Shown one piece after another: positions 41,926 through 52,835 of a DNA stretch of 64,000 nt. The first letter of the stretch is position 1. The number at the start of each line of letters is the position of its first letter. Origin of the DNA: a virus (lineage: Duplodnaviria > Caudoviricetes). Both the position numbers and the translations under genes were made by a program. The notes beneath the pieces are model-generated. The model was not told where the DNA came from. It saw only the letters and a list, made by a program, of their open reading frames with translations, and made no database searches. The stretch covers positions 1-64,000 of IMG/VR virus record IMGVR_UViG_2811995040_000001; one strand, 5' to 3'.

Positions 41926-42560
41926 TTATCGGTATACCTCTCACGTTTACTCAGTTGTTCAGGAATATGGTGCAGCAGCTCTCCGTCGCCGCAGTAAATC
42001 GCTGCGTGGTTCGGAACGGAGGAGCCAAAGCAGCAAATCAGCACGTCGCCGGGCTGCGCACTGGCTGCGCTGACACGGTAAAATCCCGTCGTCTCCAGAT
42101 TATCCAGATAGAGATTGTCACCATGCCGCCACCAGTCGTCGTCCCGGTGAAAATCCGGCATATCAATCCCCGCCAGATGATAGGCATCACGGAACAGTGT
42201 GTAACAGTCAAAAACCCCATGTTTAAACTGTCGTCCGGTCAGGTGTGGTACACAGCGGAATTTATGTACCTGCCCGTCGCATACCAGCCACCACGGCAGG
42301 TCGCTTTGAACCTGCAGCCTGCGGTCCACATCGCTCAGATACGGCTGGCCACCAGGATGGCTGTGAACCAGCGCCACAATCTCCCCCTGCGTATCAGCCC
42401 TCAGCCAGTCCTCCGGCGCCATACGGAAATAATCCTCCGGCGCGGCAGAAATATTCACACAGGGGAGATACCGTTCTCCCGCCTGTGTTCTCACCACGAA
42501 GCCGCACGACTCCGCAGGCGCACACCGTCGGGCGTGCGCCAGAATGTCATCACTATTCAT
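41823..42560 (-). CDS. Tail assembly protein K (JAB + NlpC/P60)
   Basis: ESCG, HSHP, DCY, HAAIY motifs. Confidence 0.92.
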   Translation of the reverse strand: MNSDDILAHARRCAPAESCGFVVRTQAGERYLPCVNISAAPEDYFRMAPEDWLRADTQGEIVALVHSHPGGQPYLSDVDRRLQVQSDLPWWLVCDGQVHKFRCVPHLTGRQFKHGVFDCYTLFRDAYHLAGIDMPDFHRDDDWWRHGDNLYLDNLETTGFYRVSAASAQPGDVLICCFGSSVPNHAAIYCGDGELLHHIPEQLSKRERYTDKWQRRTHSIWRHRAWREFAFTGICNDFAAASACR

Positions 42561-42618
42561 ATCTGGCTCCGAGAAATAAAAAAACCGCCGAAGCGGTTTT
42601 TACGTTATATATTTTAAT

Positions 42619-43143
42619 TTACATATTTTGATTTAGTTTTTCTTTATACCCTTCGATATCAAAATAGAATTGTCTGTTTCCACCCTGATAAAATCCACTC
42701 TCAATAATTAATTTTTTATGTGCTCCAACATTCTTAATAAATGATGCGCCATTTCTAATAAAAATAACATCACTGCTACCATCTGATGATGTTCTTGCTT
42801 TATAGCGTAATATTTTACCATCATCAAACTTTACAGAAATACTGCATTCCTCATAGAGAATACAGTTAAACTGACCGGGTTTGATTGTTAACAGGACATC
42901 AGCTGGTTTAAGAGTGTTAATATCCTGACCCTTTTGTAGTTTTGTCCATTTAGACCTTAGTATAAGCTCCATTTTTGAGCCACCATCATATGGAGCATCG
43001 AAATACACATTATTAGTTGACTCAGTCACCAGCTCTTTTATTACTGTACCTCTCATTCCGTCACTGAAGTATTTAGCCTTCCATTGACCCGCGTAAGAGT
43101 TAAATGACAGAAAAACAAAAACTAAACAAATAATAATCTTCAT
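42619..43143 (-). CDS. AT-rich exported moron protein
   Basis: Signal peptide MKIIICLVFVFLSFNSYA; own terminator; lies between L and K. Confidence 0.7.
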   Translation of the reverse strand: MKIIICLVFVFLSFNSYAGQWKAKYFSDGMRGTVIKELVTESTNNVYFDAPYDGGSKMELILRSKWTKLQKGQDINTLKPADVLLTIKPGQFNCILYEECSISVKFDDGKILRYKARTSSDGSSDVIFIRNGASFIKNVGAHKKLIIESGFYQGGNRQFYFDIEGYKEKLNQNM

Positions 43144-43227
43144 GACTATGCCCTTTTTATTAAAACAAGGGCAGATTATCATATTGATTCATTATGCAGC
43201 TATTGATTTCTTTAGGCATATTTTAAT

Positions 43228-43923
43228 TTAACTCAGACGGTTGATAGACAGGAAACCTCCAAAGTTTTCTGTATTATTTCGCAATGAACAACCACGTTCA
43301 CAGCGACTGCAGGCATCCTTTGCGGGATCTGCTGTCGGCTGGTCAAATTCGTCAGCTACTGCTGGGCCAGCATAACCACACTCATCAGAACGGTAAATCC
43401 ATGTACATGTGTTGGCCAGCATGATACGCCCAGGAAAAACGCTGCCATCAGTTTCAGTCGGCGTTGCCAGGACAAATGTCGCACTAACTGACGTCAGTTC
43501 ACTACACTGCTCAATCACCCAGCGACTGACAGATTCCTGCTCCGGGTCTGCCTCCTGATTGCCACTGTGGAAATTCACGGCATCGAGAAACCTCGCGTAT
43601 ACCTTCCGGCGTATTACCGTCGCCCCGGCCAGGCTTTGCAAATCCTCCACCATACCGGTCACCATACCGTAAAGATTAGAGACCTTGAGTGACGGGCGCG
43701 CAGCTGCACCTTTGCCGTTCATTTCAAATCCGCTACCCTCTATAGGATAAACATCATACTTCCGTCCCTGCCAGGTAACTGCCTCTCCCTTTTCATTCGC
43801 CTCGTTACAGAAAAAATAACGATCGCCACCAATTCCTGTCAGATCTATTTCCCATAAAACTACCTGTGCAGATTGTTCTGTCCGGGTAATTTCAGTCAGC
43901 GTTGACAATGGAATATCCTGCAT
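43228..43923 (-). CDS. Minor tail protein L
   Basis: LWEIDL, Cys cluster, FGGF end. Confidence 0.92.
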   Translation of the reverse strand: MQDIPLSTLTEITRTEQSAQVVLWEIDLTGIGGDRYFFCNEANEKGEAVTWQGRKYDVYPIEGSGFEMNGKGAAARPSLKVSNLYGMVTGMVEDLQSLAGATVIRRKVYARFLDAVNFHSGNQEADPEQESVSRWVIEQCSELTSVSATFVLATPTETDGSVFPGRIMLANTCTWIYRSDECGYAGPAVADEFDQPTADPAKDACSRCERGCSLRNNTENFGGFLSINRLS

Positions 43924-43932
43924 ACTGTGCTC

Positions 43933-44265
43933 CTAAATAACAACCTGCTCAAACGTACAATTAAAATCTGTATAACAGGCATAATCCGTAACAGACCATT
44001 CCCTGCAGACGATTCTGATTGTCCGATTATGTTTTGGTGGGCGCCATAAAAATGCCTTAACCCCGGAGTGATCAAAAAGAAAATCTTCCAGCGCCTGACG
44101 CTCTTCCTCCGACGTAACTCTGAATACAGGCTTAAAACTTTTTAACCTGAAATTGAGTCCTGCAGGTCTTCGTTGTTCATAGCCATCCCCGAATTTAACA
44201 GTCTGTACCGCTGGCGTAACCGATGACTGCATCCCCTCTCGTGGTATCCAGTAAAATGTTTTCAT
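43933..44265 (-). CDS. Minor tail protein M
   Basis: VKFGDGYEQRRPAGLN. Confidence 0.9.
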   Translation of the reverse strand: MKTFYWIPREGMQSSVTPAVQTVKFGDGYEQRRPAGLNFRLKSFKPVFRVTSEEERQALEDFLFDHSGVKAFLWRPPKHNRTIRIVCREWSVTDYACYTDFNCTFEQVVI

Positions 44266-44268
44266 TGA

Positions 44269-47200
44269 TCACCTGCTCAACATTCCGCCATCACGACGCA
44301 TGGACTGCATCGTTATCTGTACCCGTGAATCGATCATCTGGATAAGGTTTCTGGCAGCCTGTGGACCGATTTCTCCGTTTTTCCCATCATTCTGGATAGC
44401 AATATGATAAACGGGGGAATACACCATTTGACTGGCGCGACCATCACGGCTGCTGGCATCAGCATCTCGCAACGCTCTGACACCAAGTACACCATCCGCC
44501 GTTCTGGATAACGGCATAATTGCCTCCGGGCCAGCCTCCCCAAATACCCCGGCACCTTTCGCAAAAGCAAACAACGTAGGGGTATTATAAATACCGTTAC
44601 TAAACGAACTCAGCGACGGGGAATCGTAAACACCACCATTGGCGTTAAATTCAAAGCTGCTGGCAAAACTACTTATAGCCGTTCCGGTACTTTCACCTAA
44701 ACCGCCTGATATTCCTGATCCAATTCCCATGATGGATTTCAGGATTGTATTAGTCAGCAGGGCCTGCGCGGCCATATCTGTCAGGTTTTTAATAACTGAC
44801 TGCGCCAGTGATGCAAACATACTAACCATGCCATCCCGGAACGACTGCGTATTCATCAGTAACCCGGTTAGCATATTACTGGTTCGTTCCTGCGCAGTCT
44901 CAAACAGACCAATACTCAGATTATTGAGATCACCTTGCGAGCGATACAGTTCTACAGCCGTCTGATATTGTGAATCAGCAGAATCCTTAGCGGCTTTTTG
45001 CTTCAGCATTTCGTATTGCTCTTTGCTGATCGCATCGTTCTGATAATATGCCTGCAGTAGTGCCTGGCGCTGGGTTAGCTGATTGCGAAGATCTGCCAAT
45101 GGGTCTACTGTCCCGGCTATATTAAGCAATGGTGCAGATGCCGCATCAGCCTGGGCCTGTAACAGTTCACGGGCCGTACTTTGTGCCAACGTAATTCGGG
45201 CCGTCTGATACTCTTTTTCCGTAAGAAGGCGAGCATCTAAAAGGGATTTTAACTCCTGACTTGCTTCGCGCTCTTTATTCAGCGACGCTCTGACTGGCGC
45301 ATACTGCTCCGCCAGTTCGAGACGCTGTTTCTGATAGTTTTCCGCATTCAGTAACAGGGTTTTCTGGAGATCAGCATCGCTGACGCCATTTTTTTTCGCC
45401 GCTTCAGCCAGCTTCCTAGAACTTTCTTGCTCTTGTAGGTTGATACGGCTAAGACTGGTCGCGTGCGCCGCCTCGATTTCACGCCGCAGTTGTTCATACT
45501 GGTTAACCTTTGCCTTTTTCTCCTTATCAGTATCCCCGCCTTCTCCACTCCAAGTGGTATTAGGTTTGTCACGTCCTGTATCATTTTTCCCGGGTTTATT
45601 CGGCTTAGGCGTGGGGCCGGTCTTCCCTGATTTAGCCTGTTCTATCGCCTCTTTGATAACTTTTTTTCGTTCTTTGAGGAGTTTTAACCCCTGCTCAACG
45701 GCATCAAGATCCCCTTTGTAGCGGGTTTTATCGTTCTGTACGCCTTTAAGCTGTCCAAAAGGATCGAAGCCGCTCAATCCATCAATACGACTGTCCGCAT
45801 CCTGAATCTGTTTAATCAGTTTATTTCGCTGAATAACCTGATTCTCAAACTGTTCATCAATATCCAGCTGTTTCACGTTGAGCTGGTTAAGCGACAGTTT
45901 TTTTAGTTCTTCATTGGTTTCAACAACAGCATCTTTCAGGTTTATTGCCGACTGCCGCGCATCTTTGGCCTTTTGATGAAAATATAACAATGCTGACCCT
46001 GCCAGCATGGCTGCTCCAAATGGCCCGCCAACCAATGCCAGCGCTCCTTTGGCCAACCCAATAGCAACTGAAGCAGCGCGCGCTGATATAGACAACTGTT
46101 TATTGGCTATATTTAGCTGATATTTTGCCTGTGTGGCCAGTAATGTCTGCTCAGTTTCCTGCCTGATCAGGCGGTTAAAATCACTCTGGTAACTGACATT
46201 CAAACCATATAATTTGGCCGTTTTTTCCATTTCACGATAATGGCCAAATTCAGCATTATTCTGCGCCAGAATCGCAGCTGTACTCTCCAGCGTTTTCCTG
46301 GCTATATCTGCCTGTGCCTGTGCGGCGGCCTTCACTGCCACCTGATTTTCACGCCAGGCACTAATATTCCCGCGAACTCCTGCAGTCAATTTTGTAGCTA
46401 TAACAGGAATCAACGTATACAGCGCTACGTTGGCGACCGTATTAAAATTATCCGCCAGCCCATTCAGCGCTTCTGTAATGGTCTGAACACCACTTCGCAG
46501 CGGGCCATCTCCGCTCTGTCCCACCTTAACAATCAGACCTTCAAAAGCCGAAGTCAGGCTGAGAAGATCACCGTTCAGGTTATTAACCCTGATGGCAGCC
46601 TGCTCATGTGCCGTCTGCGTTCCTGTCAGCGCAGTGGTCAGTTCATCCAGTTTGCTCCGGTTATCAACCAGTATCGATGCCGCAGTGATGTTTTCCACAC
46701 CAAAAAGTTTAACCGCCTGTGCCGTCGACAGGTTTTTCCCTGCAAGATTAGCCAGCGCCTGGCTTAACCCAACGACAGATGGTTTCAGGCTTTTGTCCGC
46801 CCCTTTTTCAAGGTTGAGGATAACGTTACGTAAAGCTGTCCCTGCTTCACCACCTTTAATTTCTCGCGCAGCAAGTACCTGAATTGCAGCATTAAGCTGC
46901 TCGAACCCTACGCCTGCCTGTGCTGCCGCCACGCCACCATTTTTAATGGCAGCGGCGGTATCCACTATTTCAGACGAGCCGTACTTAGCCCCTGCGGCCA
47001 GTACGTTAATATAGCGATCGGCCTGTTCCGCACCGGCGCCAAACTGGTTTAATGACAGTGCCAGTGTTCTGGTTGCATCCGGGAGCGTCGTACCTGCTGC
47101 CTGCGCCAGCGTCAGGGCGCTTTTGGTAGCAGCAGAAAGCCCTTCAGAGGTACTCAGAAGCTCTGGTTTAGCCGAGGCCATCAGTTTGATAGCCTCAGCC

Positions 47201-47571
47201 GCCTGCGATGCGCTGTATTCAGTCGTGCGGCCCATTTCCTGTGCCGCCTGATCGTATAACTTCATCTGCGCAGTATTGGCGCCAGTAATAGCCTGTAAAT
47301 CAGATAATGACTGTGCGTACTGACGAGTCGTATTGATGATTGCACCGAGTGATAAACCAGCTCCGGCAAATCCTGCCAGCCTGCCAGCAAGCCCGGTTAC
47401 GGACTCAGAAACACGCCGGTATGCATCCTCTGTTTTTTTAGCATCAGCCTGGGCATTGCGGTTAAAACGGCGTGACTGGTTGTCGGCATCACCGTAGGCG
47501 CTCATCAGCTGTGATTTAAAATTAGCTGCATTGAGATGCAGCCCGACGGCAAGAGAGGCAACGTCACCCAT
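44269..47571 (-). CDS. Tape measure protein
   Basis: About 1100 aa, Ala-rich, GEAGPEAIMPL near the C-terminus. Confidence 0.93.
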   Translation of the reverse strand: MGDVASLAVGLHLNAANFKSQLMSAYGDADNQSRRFNRNAQADAKKTEDAYRRVSESVTGLAGRLAGFAGAGLSLGAIINTTRQYAQSLSDLQAITGANTAQMKLYDQAAQEMGRTTEYSASQAAEAIKLMASAKPELLSTSEGLSAATKSALTLAQAAGTTLPDATRTLALSLNQFGAGAEQADRYINVLAAGAKYGSSEIVDTAAAIKNGGVAAAQAGVGFEQLNAAIQVLAAREIKGGEAGTALRNVILNLEKGADKSLKPSVVGLSQALANLAGKNLSTAQAVKLFGVENITAASILVDNRSKLDELTTALTGTQTAHEQAAIRVNNLNGDLLSLTSAFEGLIVKVGQSGDGPLRSGVQTITEALNGLADNFNTVANVALYTLIPVIATKLTAGVRGNISAWRENQVAVKAAAQAQADIARKTLESTAAILAQNNAEFGHYREMEKTAKLYGLNVSYQSDFNRLIRQETEQTLLATQAKYQLNIANKQLSISARAASVAIGLAKGALALVGGPFGAAMLAGSALLYFHQKAKDARQSAINLKDAVVETNEELKKLSLNQLNVKQLDIDEQFENQVIQRNKLIKQIQDADSRIDGLSGFDPFGQLKGVQNDKTRYKGDLDAVEQGLKLLKERKKVIKEAIEQAKSGKTGPTPKPNKPGKNDTGRDKPNTTWSGEGGDTDKEKKAKVNQYEQLRREIEAAHATSLSRINLQEQESSRKLAEAAKKNGVSDADLQKTLLLNAENYQKQRLELAEQYAPVRASLNKEREASQELKSLLDARLLTEKEYQTARITLAQSTARELLQAQADAASAPLLNIAGTVDPLADLRNQLTQRQALLQAYYQNDAISKEQYEMLKQKAAKDSADSQYQTAVELYRSQGDLNNLSIGLFETAQERTSNMLTGLLMNTQSFRDGMVSMFASLAQSVIKNLTDMAAQALLTNTILKSIMGIGSGISGGLGESTGTAISSFASSFEFNANGGVYDSPSLSSFSNGIYNTPTLFAFAKGAGVFGEAGPEAIMPLSRTADGVLGVRALRDADASSRDGRASQMVYSPVYHIAIQNDGKNGEIGPQAARNLIQMIDSRVQITMQSMRRDGGMLSR

Positions 47572-47830
47572 TACATTAATGCCCTCATAACAGCCGCACA
47601 CTGATCATCAATACTCTGATTAACCGTTGCGGGAGATGATTCAACAGATGGCGTGGATGCGCTTATATTCTCTGCTTCGGGCCGTTGAAAAATGCCCTGT
47701 TTCAGGAAGAAAGCACGCCAGTGGAAAAGTATGTCTGCCGGCAGTGCGGCAATTTTTGACGGGTCAGGCTCGCCCCAGCGATCGGCCAGCCAGAAAATCA
47801 GCTCCAGCCAGGGCGAGTCACTCAGTTTTT
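47571..47830 (-). CDS. Tail chaperone gpT moiety (probably via -1 frameshift)
   Basis: Frame LSDSPWLELIFWLADRWGEPDP...VMRALM*; slippery GAAAAAAAC at the end of gpG. Confidence 0.7.
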
Positions 47831-48184
47831 TTCGGCGGTTTCCAGCTTACCGATGGAATGTTTTTTGACCTTATCGATAGCATCCAGAAGCTCAACGTTA
47901 TCGTGTGCCGCCAGCAGTTCCTGTGCTGTAGGTTTATCGCTATCTTTAATTGGCTCACCATCTGGTGTTACCAGACTGTCGACAACGATTTGCACACTAA
48001 GCTCAGACGCCTTACGAGAATTACCTTCTGTCTGGGCCTCAATCAGCGCATCCTCATGATCAATCAATTCAGCTGCAGTCAGTCGGCGCAAATAAACTTT
48101 TGTGCCAAAAATTTCCGTCTCAACTGGCTCAGATTTAGTTTTAAGCAGCGCTGTTTTCAGTTTTGAAAGGTTAAATTCAGACAT
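47822..48184 (-). CDS. Tail assembly chaperone gpG
   Basis: Between tail tube and tape measure; ends EKN*. Confidence 0.8.
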   Translation of the reverse strand: MSEFNLSKLKTALLKTKSEPVETEIFGTKVYLRRLTAAELIDHEDALIEAQTEGNSRKASELSVQIVVDSLVTPDGEPIKDSDKPTAQELLAAHDNVELLDAIDKVKKHSIGKLETAEKN

Positions 48185-48253
48185 ATTTCATCCTGTATAA
48201 CGAAAATAAAAAAGCCGCCATAAACAGGCGGCGATATAGTCAGAGATAAGTAA

Positions 48254-48727
48254 TTAACTACCTGGTGCCGACGGGGCTGCGGATTTTGTTCCCCACTTAA
48301 TATTATTTTGCTTACCCTGAACGGTAATCTGAATAACCTCGCTGGCCGGGGCGGTGATTTCGTTAACCTGCCAGCCAGCCAGCGCCAGAATCATTGATGC
48401 TGTCCGGCCATTAGGCAGTTCGATATAAAACTGGACAGTTTTACGCTGCTCTGCTGCATTAAGGAACGCTGCAAAATCACTGTTCGTCGGATCGTCAATA
48501 AATCCCAGCGATTTTTCCGGCCCTTCCGGCAAATCGGAAATGGATTGCTTACTTGTATCAATAAGCGTGGTGCAATCGACAAAGCCTCCTGTCTGTCCGG
48601 TCGCTCCAAGTGCTTTACAGTTAACAAGAGGTTTCAGTGCTGCTTCAGCGTCACCAACCTCGCCGTACTTGACGATCGTTCCGGCAGGCAGCATCGCATA
48701 TTCTGGCGATGTTTTTTGATCAGCCAT
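48254..48727 (-). CDS. Major tail tube protein
   Basis: VDCTTL...DLPEG motif; position. Confidence 0.85.
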   Translation of the reverse strand: MADQKTSPEYAMLPAGTIVKYGEVGDAEAALKPLVNCKALGATGQTGGFVDCTTLIDTSKQSISDLPEGPEKSLGFIDDPTNSDFAAFLNAAEQRKTVQFYIELPNGRTASMILALAGWQVNEITAPASEVIQITVQGKQNNIKWGTKSAAPSAPGS

Positions 48728-48759
48728 AATTTTCTCTCTTTGTATATTGGCAGCGGTCG

Positions 48760-49161
48760 CTACCTGTTTTGAATGCCGTTTCTGATTTCCACAGCTAACA
48801 CACGCAGCACAGTCTGGACGTTATAGTCCAGCGCTGGTCTGATAAACGGTTCTGCAACCTGTTTAACCGTTCCGAACTCCTGCGCTAATGCCTTCATATA
48901 ATGTTGTTTGCTGGGACCGACCCGCAGTGTTACTACTGTGCTACCACGGCTCTTTCGGTTGGAGTTGCGTATTTTGATAGAGTCACGCATATGCTGTGCT
49001 GTAGATGTTTCATCGTAGCCAGCATGTTGTTTCATATCCTCTTCAACAACTTTTAGCGCTTCCCGACCAGCATCTCTAAGGACTTTTGTACCGACTTTTT
49101 CTCCGAGGGCCATCAGCTGGCGTTCCAGATCATCCAGGCCTGTAACTTCCATTTTGATCAT
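48760..49161 (-). CDS. HK97 gp10-family protein
   Basis: EFGT...PFIRPA motif. Confidence 0.88.
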   Translation of the reverse strand: MIKMEVTGLDDLERQLMALGEKVGTKVLRDAGREALKVVEEDMKQHAGYDETSTAQHMRDSIKIRNSNRKSRGSTVVTLRVGPSKQHYMKALAQEFGTVKQVAEPFIRPALDYNVQTVLRVLAVEIRNGIQNR

Positions 49162-49547
49162 TCGGCTGATTCCGGATAAACAAAGGTAAAGTCACGAACC
49201 AGTCGGTACTGGTTACGCCCGTTTGTCAGGGTTGTTTTATCCTGATGAATCCCTCCTCGATCAACATATTGAACCGGAAAACCGTCAAGCTGGCCGTGTA
49301 CGATCTGCTTCCATTCGGACCAGATTTTCCTGTCCAGTCGCAACAGGTCTGTATAGGAATCCAGGAGGTAAAGTGAGATCTGAAAGCGGCCTGCAATCAA
49401 ACCTGTTCGCAATAGTCCGGCGTAGATTCCCGGATCGGAAATTCGTTGAAATGTCACGCCTTCCTGTACAGTATCCGGAAGTAAAAGCGGATAAGCCGCC
49501 ATCCCTGTAATCCGTTCCAGCGCCGTCTTAATTGCTGACTCGATCAT
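49158..49547 (-). CDS. Putative tail completion protein
   Basis: TFQRISD, RFQIS motifs; position. Confidence 0.7.
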   Translation of the reverse strand: MIESAIKTALERITGMAAYPLLLPDTVQEGVTFQRISDPGIYAGLLRTGLIAGRFQISLYLLDSYTDLLRLDRKIWSEWKQIVHGQLDGFPVQYVDRGGIHQDKTTLTNGRNQYRLVRDFTFVYPESAE

Positions 49548-49872
49548 GACGTGTATCTGCCTCCCCGGTTATAATGATGCGATCTGCCAGTCGCTCAACG
49601 TTCCTGACCGTATAAATTCGGTTCGTCGTGGCGACTTTCCAGTCAATATCAACTGCACGCGGGTACAACGTAAAAAGACAGGTTTCAACCACCTGTTGCT
49701 GATCCAGCGTTCGAACCTTACGGCCTGAAACCAGCTCCTTTTTAGCCCATGCTTCACCATCCAGAACCTCTCTGGCAGGAAGCTCCTCACCAAGCGGCCC
49801 ACGCCCGGTTTCAATATGGCTCAGTTTTATCCGGCAGTTCAGTTCACCGGGGCGAAGTGGTTTATCACTCAT
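49528..49872 (-). CDS. Head closure/head-tail adaptor
   Basis: GELNCRI...WA motif; position. Confidence 0.8.
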   Translation of the reverse strand: MSDKPLRPGELNCRIKLSHIETGRGPLGEELPAREVLDGEAWAKKELVSGRKVRTLDQQQVVETCLFTLYPRAVDIDWKVATTNRIYTVRNVERLADRIIITGEADTRHDRVSN

Positions 49873-50198
49873 ACGGTATGCTCCATGAGTGGAAACAGCA
49901 GATATTCAACGCCCAGATCGGCAGGAGACTCGTCACCAGTTCCTGTTGGATTGAGATACCACTGCGAGACCATCATTTTCGCTGCCAGCTTAATATCGTC
50001 ATCAATAACGTAGCCATTTTCACCATCACCCAGCGCATCGAGCTGTTCCTGACTCTCAACCAGCCTGCAGTAATAGGTTCTTTCTATGCTTCGTTGTGCG
50101 GCATTAATCAGCGATGACAACATCTCATCGTGAGCGGTAAAATCCAGCTCCAGACGGAGCTGCGTCTTAGCTTCATCCAATGTCAGTATCATGATCAC
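49869..50198 (-). CDS. Head-tail connector (gp6-like)
   Basis: LTLDEAKTQLRL...IKLAAKMMVSQWY. Confidence 0.85.
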   Translation of the reverse strand: MIMILTLDEAKTQLRLELDFTAHDEMLSSLINAAQRSIERTYYCRLVESQEQLDALGDGENGYVIDDDIKLAAKMMVSQWYLNPTGTGDESPADLGVEYLLFPLMEHTV

Positions 50199-50463
50199 TG
50201 GCTCCCGACTGGGGACTTAATACTTTTTTCGCATCTTCTGGCCAGACGGCAATTCGTCGCTCAACCAATGCTTCCGCATACTGAACATCGAAACAGGCTA
50301 CATCACCGCGGGAATAGCGATGATATGGTCCCAGAAATGTTACAGCCTTACGTTCTACGTTAACTTCCGTTGAGACCGTGGTCCCATCTACATGGGCATT
50401 GGTTTGGTCAGTATCCGCAGTACCTTCATTTTTAACTGCGGTTTTTGGTGTCTTACCTGCCAT
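50173..50463 (-). CDS. Head-region hypothetical protein
   Basis: ORF following the capsid gene. Confidence 0.6.
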   Translation of the reverse strand: MAGKTPKTAVKNEGTADTDQTNAHVDGTTVSTEVNVERKAVTFLGPYHRYSRGDVACFDVQYAEALVERRIAVWPEDAKKVLSPQSGASDHDTDIG

Positions 50464-50518
50464 TACTTTTCTCCTGAAAAAGAAAAAGCCCGCATTTGCG
50501 GGCCATATTCGTCAATGG

Positions 50519-51805
50519 TTAGAACAGAACCTTAGTGCCAAGCACCATACCTTCCGGATGACGGAAGCCGATATCATGCTCTGTAACGACACGGATCAGA
50601 GACTGGTTACGGGAGAACGCTGATACCAGATTCCCGTCTGCATCCTGATATGACGCCTCCTGCGAGAACGCCACTTTCATGTTGCCATCTTCACCAATAA
50701 CGACATCGTTAAAGTCGGCGAAATAAATCTCTGACTCTTTACCACCAGTACCCAGATTTGCAGGAATCGCGCTGGTTCGCTGGATTGGATACCCCTTCAG
50801 CAATCCCTGGGCCATTTCCGGGTAAACCTTATTACCGTTACCATCACGCAGGCCAAATAGCTTCATGTAGGTACGGTTGGACATACCCCAGCCACAGCTA
50901 ATCATGTTGCTGTTACCATCCATTGCCATCAGGATGATGCTGTCGAGATACGTATCAATCGTATTCAGGTTAATGTCGGCAGCGGAATCCCATTCCTTCA
51001 GACGGTTCCATTCCGTAGCGCGGGCCTTCATCCCGATTGGGGTATCGCCGGTGCCATCATCACGCATAAAGGCCTTGTCTTCACGGACAGAAATCGCGGT
51101 AAGAATATCCTGCAATACCAGTTGCTCTACGTTGAACCCGGCGCGACCAATCAGCTGGTTAGAGATAGGCACCATCGCAATCATGGTTTTAGCGGTAAGT
51201 TTCACATCGTCGAAGCGTGCTTCTGACGTTTTGGCATCCTTACCTTCGCCGGTATAGCTCGCCGTCGCCCCACCTGCCAGACGCGGCAACGCCATATTGC
51301 CGTTCGGCAGCGGAATAGAGCGGGCGCCCAGCTTACGAACGATGGTGCGATCACGCAGTAGTTCGATCACCTCGCTGTGGAGGTTTTGCGGGATAAGAAC
51401 TCCACCAGAATTCGCCGCCGTATTAATAGCCATCGATACAGATGGGTCATTCAGTTCTTCTGCCGCAAATTTTGCAGCATCCTGAACGTTACCCTGTGCA
51501 GCTGCAATCGACATAACAAGACGGGTCATCCCGGCGCCGGTATATTGCTTAGGCTCTGTTTTAACGCTGACAGCAGGTGCCTGCTGCGTCGCTTTAACTG
51601 GTTTTGCCACAACAGCTGCCGCACGTTCAGCCGCTTCCAGACGGTCGATTTTGGCGCTGATATCACCAAACTGCTGCTGCAGGCTGGCGAACTCCGTCAG
51701 TTGCTCTGCCGTCAACGTACCGCCGCCGGCTTCAACTGCTGCCAGTACCTGAACCTGCTGATTAATACCCGCGCGTTCACGACGTAATTCTTCAATATGA
51801 TCCAT
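50519..51805 (-). CDS. Major capsid protein (HK97 fold)
   Basis: Coiled-coil N-terminus, GGVLIP, DGTG motifs. Confidence 0.93.
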   Translation of the reverse strand: MDHIEELRRERAGINQQVQVLAAVEAGGGTLTAEQLTEFASLQQQFGDISAKIDRLEAAERAAAVVAKPVKATQQAPAVSVKTEPKQYTGAGMTRLVMSIAAAQGNVQDAAKFAAEELNDPSVSMAINTAANSGGVLIPQNLHSEVIELLRDRTIVRKLGARSIPLPNGNMALPRLAGGATASYTGEGKDAKTSEARFDDVKLTAKTMIAMVPISNQLIGRAGFNVEQLVLQDILTAISVREDKAFMRDDGTGDTPIGMKARATEWNRLKEWDSAADINLNTIDTYLDSIILMAMDGNSNMISCGWGMSNRTYMKLFGLRDGNGNKVYPEMAQGLLKGYPIQRTSAIPANLGTGGKESEIYFADFNDVVIGEDGNMKVAFSQEASYQDADGNLVSAFSRNQSLIRVVTEHDIGFRHPEGMVLGTKVLF

Positions 51806-51879
51806 GTTTTTTCTCTCTTTTTGGCATAAAAAAAAGCAGCCCGGAGGCTGCTTTCTGATAATGACGCGTTCGCGTCGGG

Positions 51880-52809
51880 TTACATTTTTGCTTGCTGGTC
51901 CATTACTGCGGCCTGAAGCTTAATTGACGTTGCCTGCTGCGGTTTTTTGTATTTATCTGCAATAGCGTTAATAGCAGACTGCGGATCTGACACCTCATCA
52001 GCCAGACCGGCAGTAATAGCATCGGCACCAAAGTAAAGTCCTGCCTGGGTATCAATAACAGCCTGCTGATTCATGCCGCGATATTCAGCTACAGATGCCG
52101 TAAATATCTCGTACATATCATCGATCATTCCCTGGAACATCAAATGTGCCTGCTCACTCAGCGGCTCATGTGGCGTACCATTATTTTTATTATCACCACG
52201 ATAAATAGTGGTGAATTTCAGCCCAACGCTATCTTCCCATTTCGATGCTTCCATATGCTCAAAAATAACGCCGATTGAACCCACTCCGCTTGTTTTACTA
52301 ACGATAATTTTGCTGCAGGCTGAAGCAATAAAATATGCAGCTGAATAAGCGCTGTAATTCACGATCGCTGTAATTGGTTTTATATCACGTGACTGAAATA
52401 TATAATCAGCCAGTTCTTTACACCCTACAGCAGCTCCGCCTCCTGAATTTATATCCAGAACAATTTCGCTAATTGCAGGGTCATTCAGCGCCATATAAAG
52501 CTGGCTGCGGATTCGTTCATAGCTCGTCAGTTCCGTACACATCGCCGTTATCTGCCCACGACGCGGAACCAGAATCCCATGAACGGAGATAACAGCGACA
52601 CCACCTGCTGGCTGTTCCATAGCTGGCTCCAGCTGGTTATCAGGGGTCAGCACCATAGTAATTCCTGCATCGGTAACAGCACCCTGAATCCGGGGGATAA
52701 GCACCGCTTTAACCGAGTCCATTGTCTGGCGCGTAGCATAATGCGGCACGCCAAATACCTGATCTGCCAGATGAGGCAGGTTAATCAATTTCGTCATGGT
52801 TTCCACCAT
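51880..52809 (-). CDS. S49-family prohead protease
   Basis: DINSGGG, AYSAAY, VGSIGV motifs. Confidence 0.9.
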   Translation of the reverse strand: MVETMTKLINLPHLADQVFGVPHYATRQTMDSVKAVLIPRIQGAVTDAGITMVLTPDNQLEPAMEQPAGGVAVISVHGILVPRRGQITAMCTELTSYERIRSQLYMALNDPAISEIVLDINSGGGAAVGCKELADYIFQSRDIKPITAIVNYSAYSAAYFIASACSKIIVSKTSGVGSIGVIFEHMEASKWEDSVGLKFTTIYRGDNKNNGTPHEPLSEQAHLMFQGMIDDMYEIFTASVAEYRGMNQQAVIDTQAGLYFGADAITAGLADEVSDPQSAINAIADKYKKPQQATSIKLQAAVMDQQAKM

Positions 52810-52835
52810 TAAAAAAGCCCGTATTACGGACTGGC

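Noticed and set aside
47820-47840. A-run frameshift as a defect or novelty
   Set aside because: Matches the known G/GT programmed frameshift of long-tailed phages.
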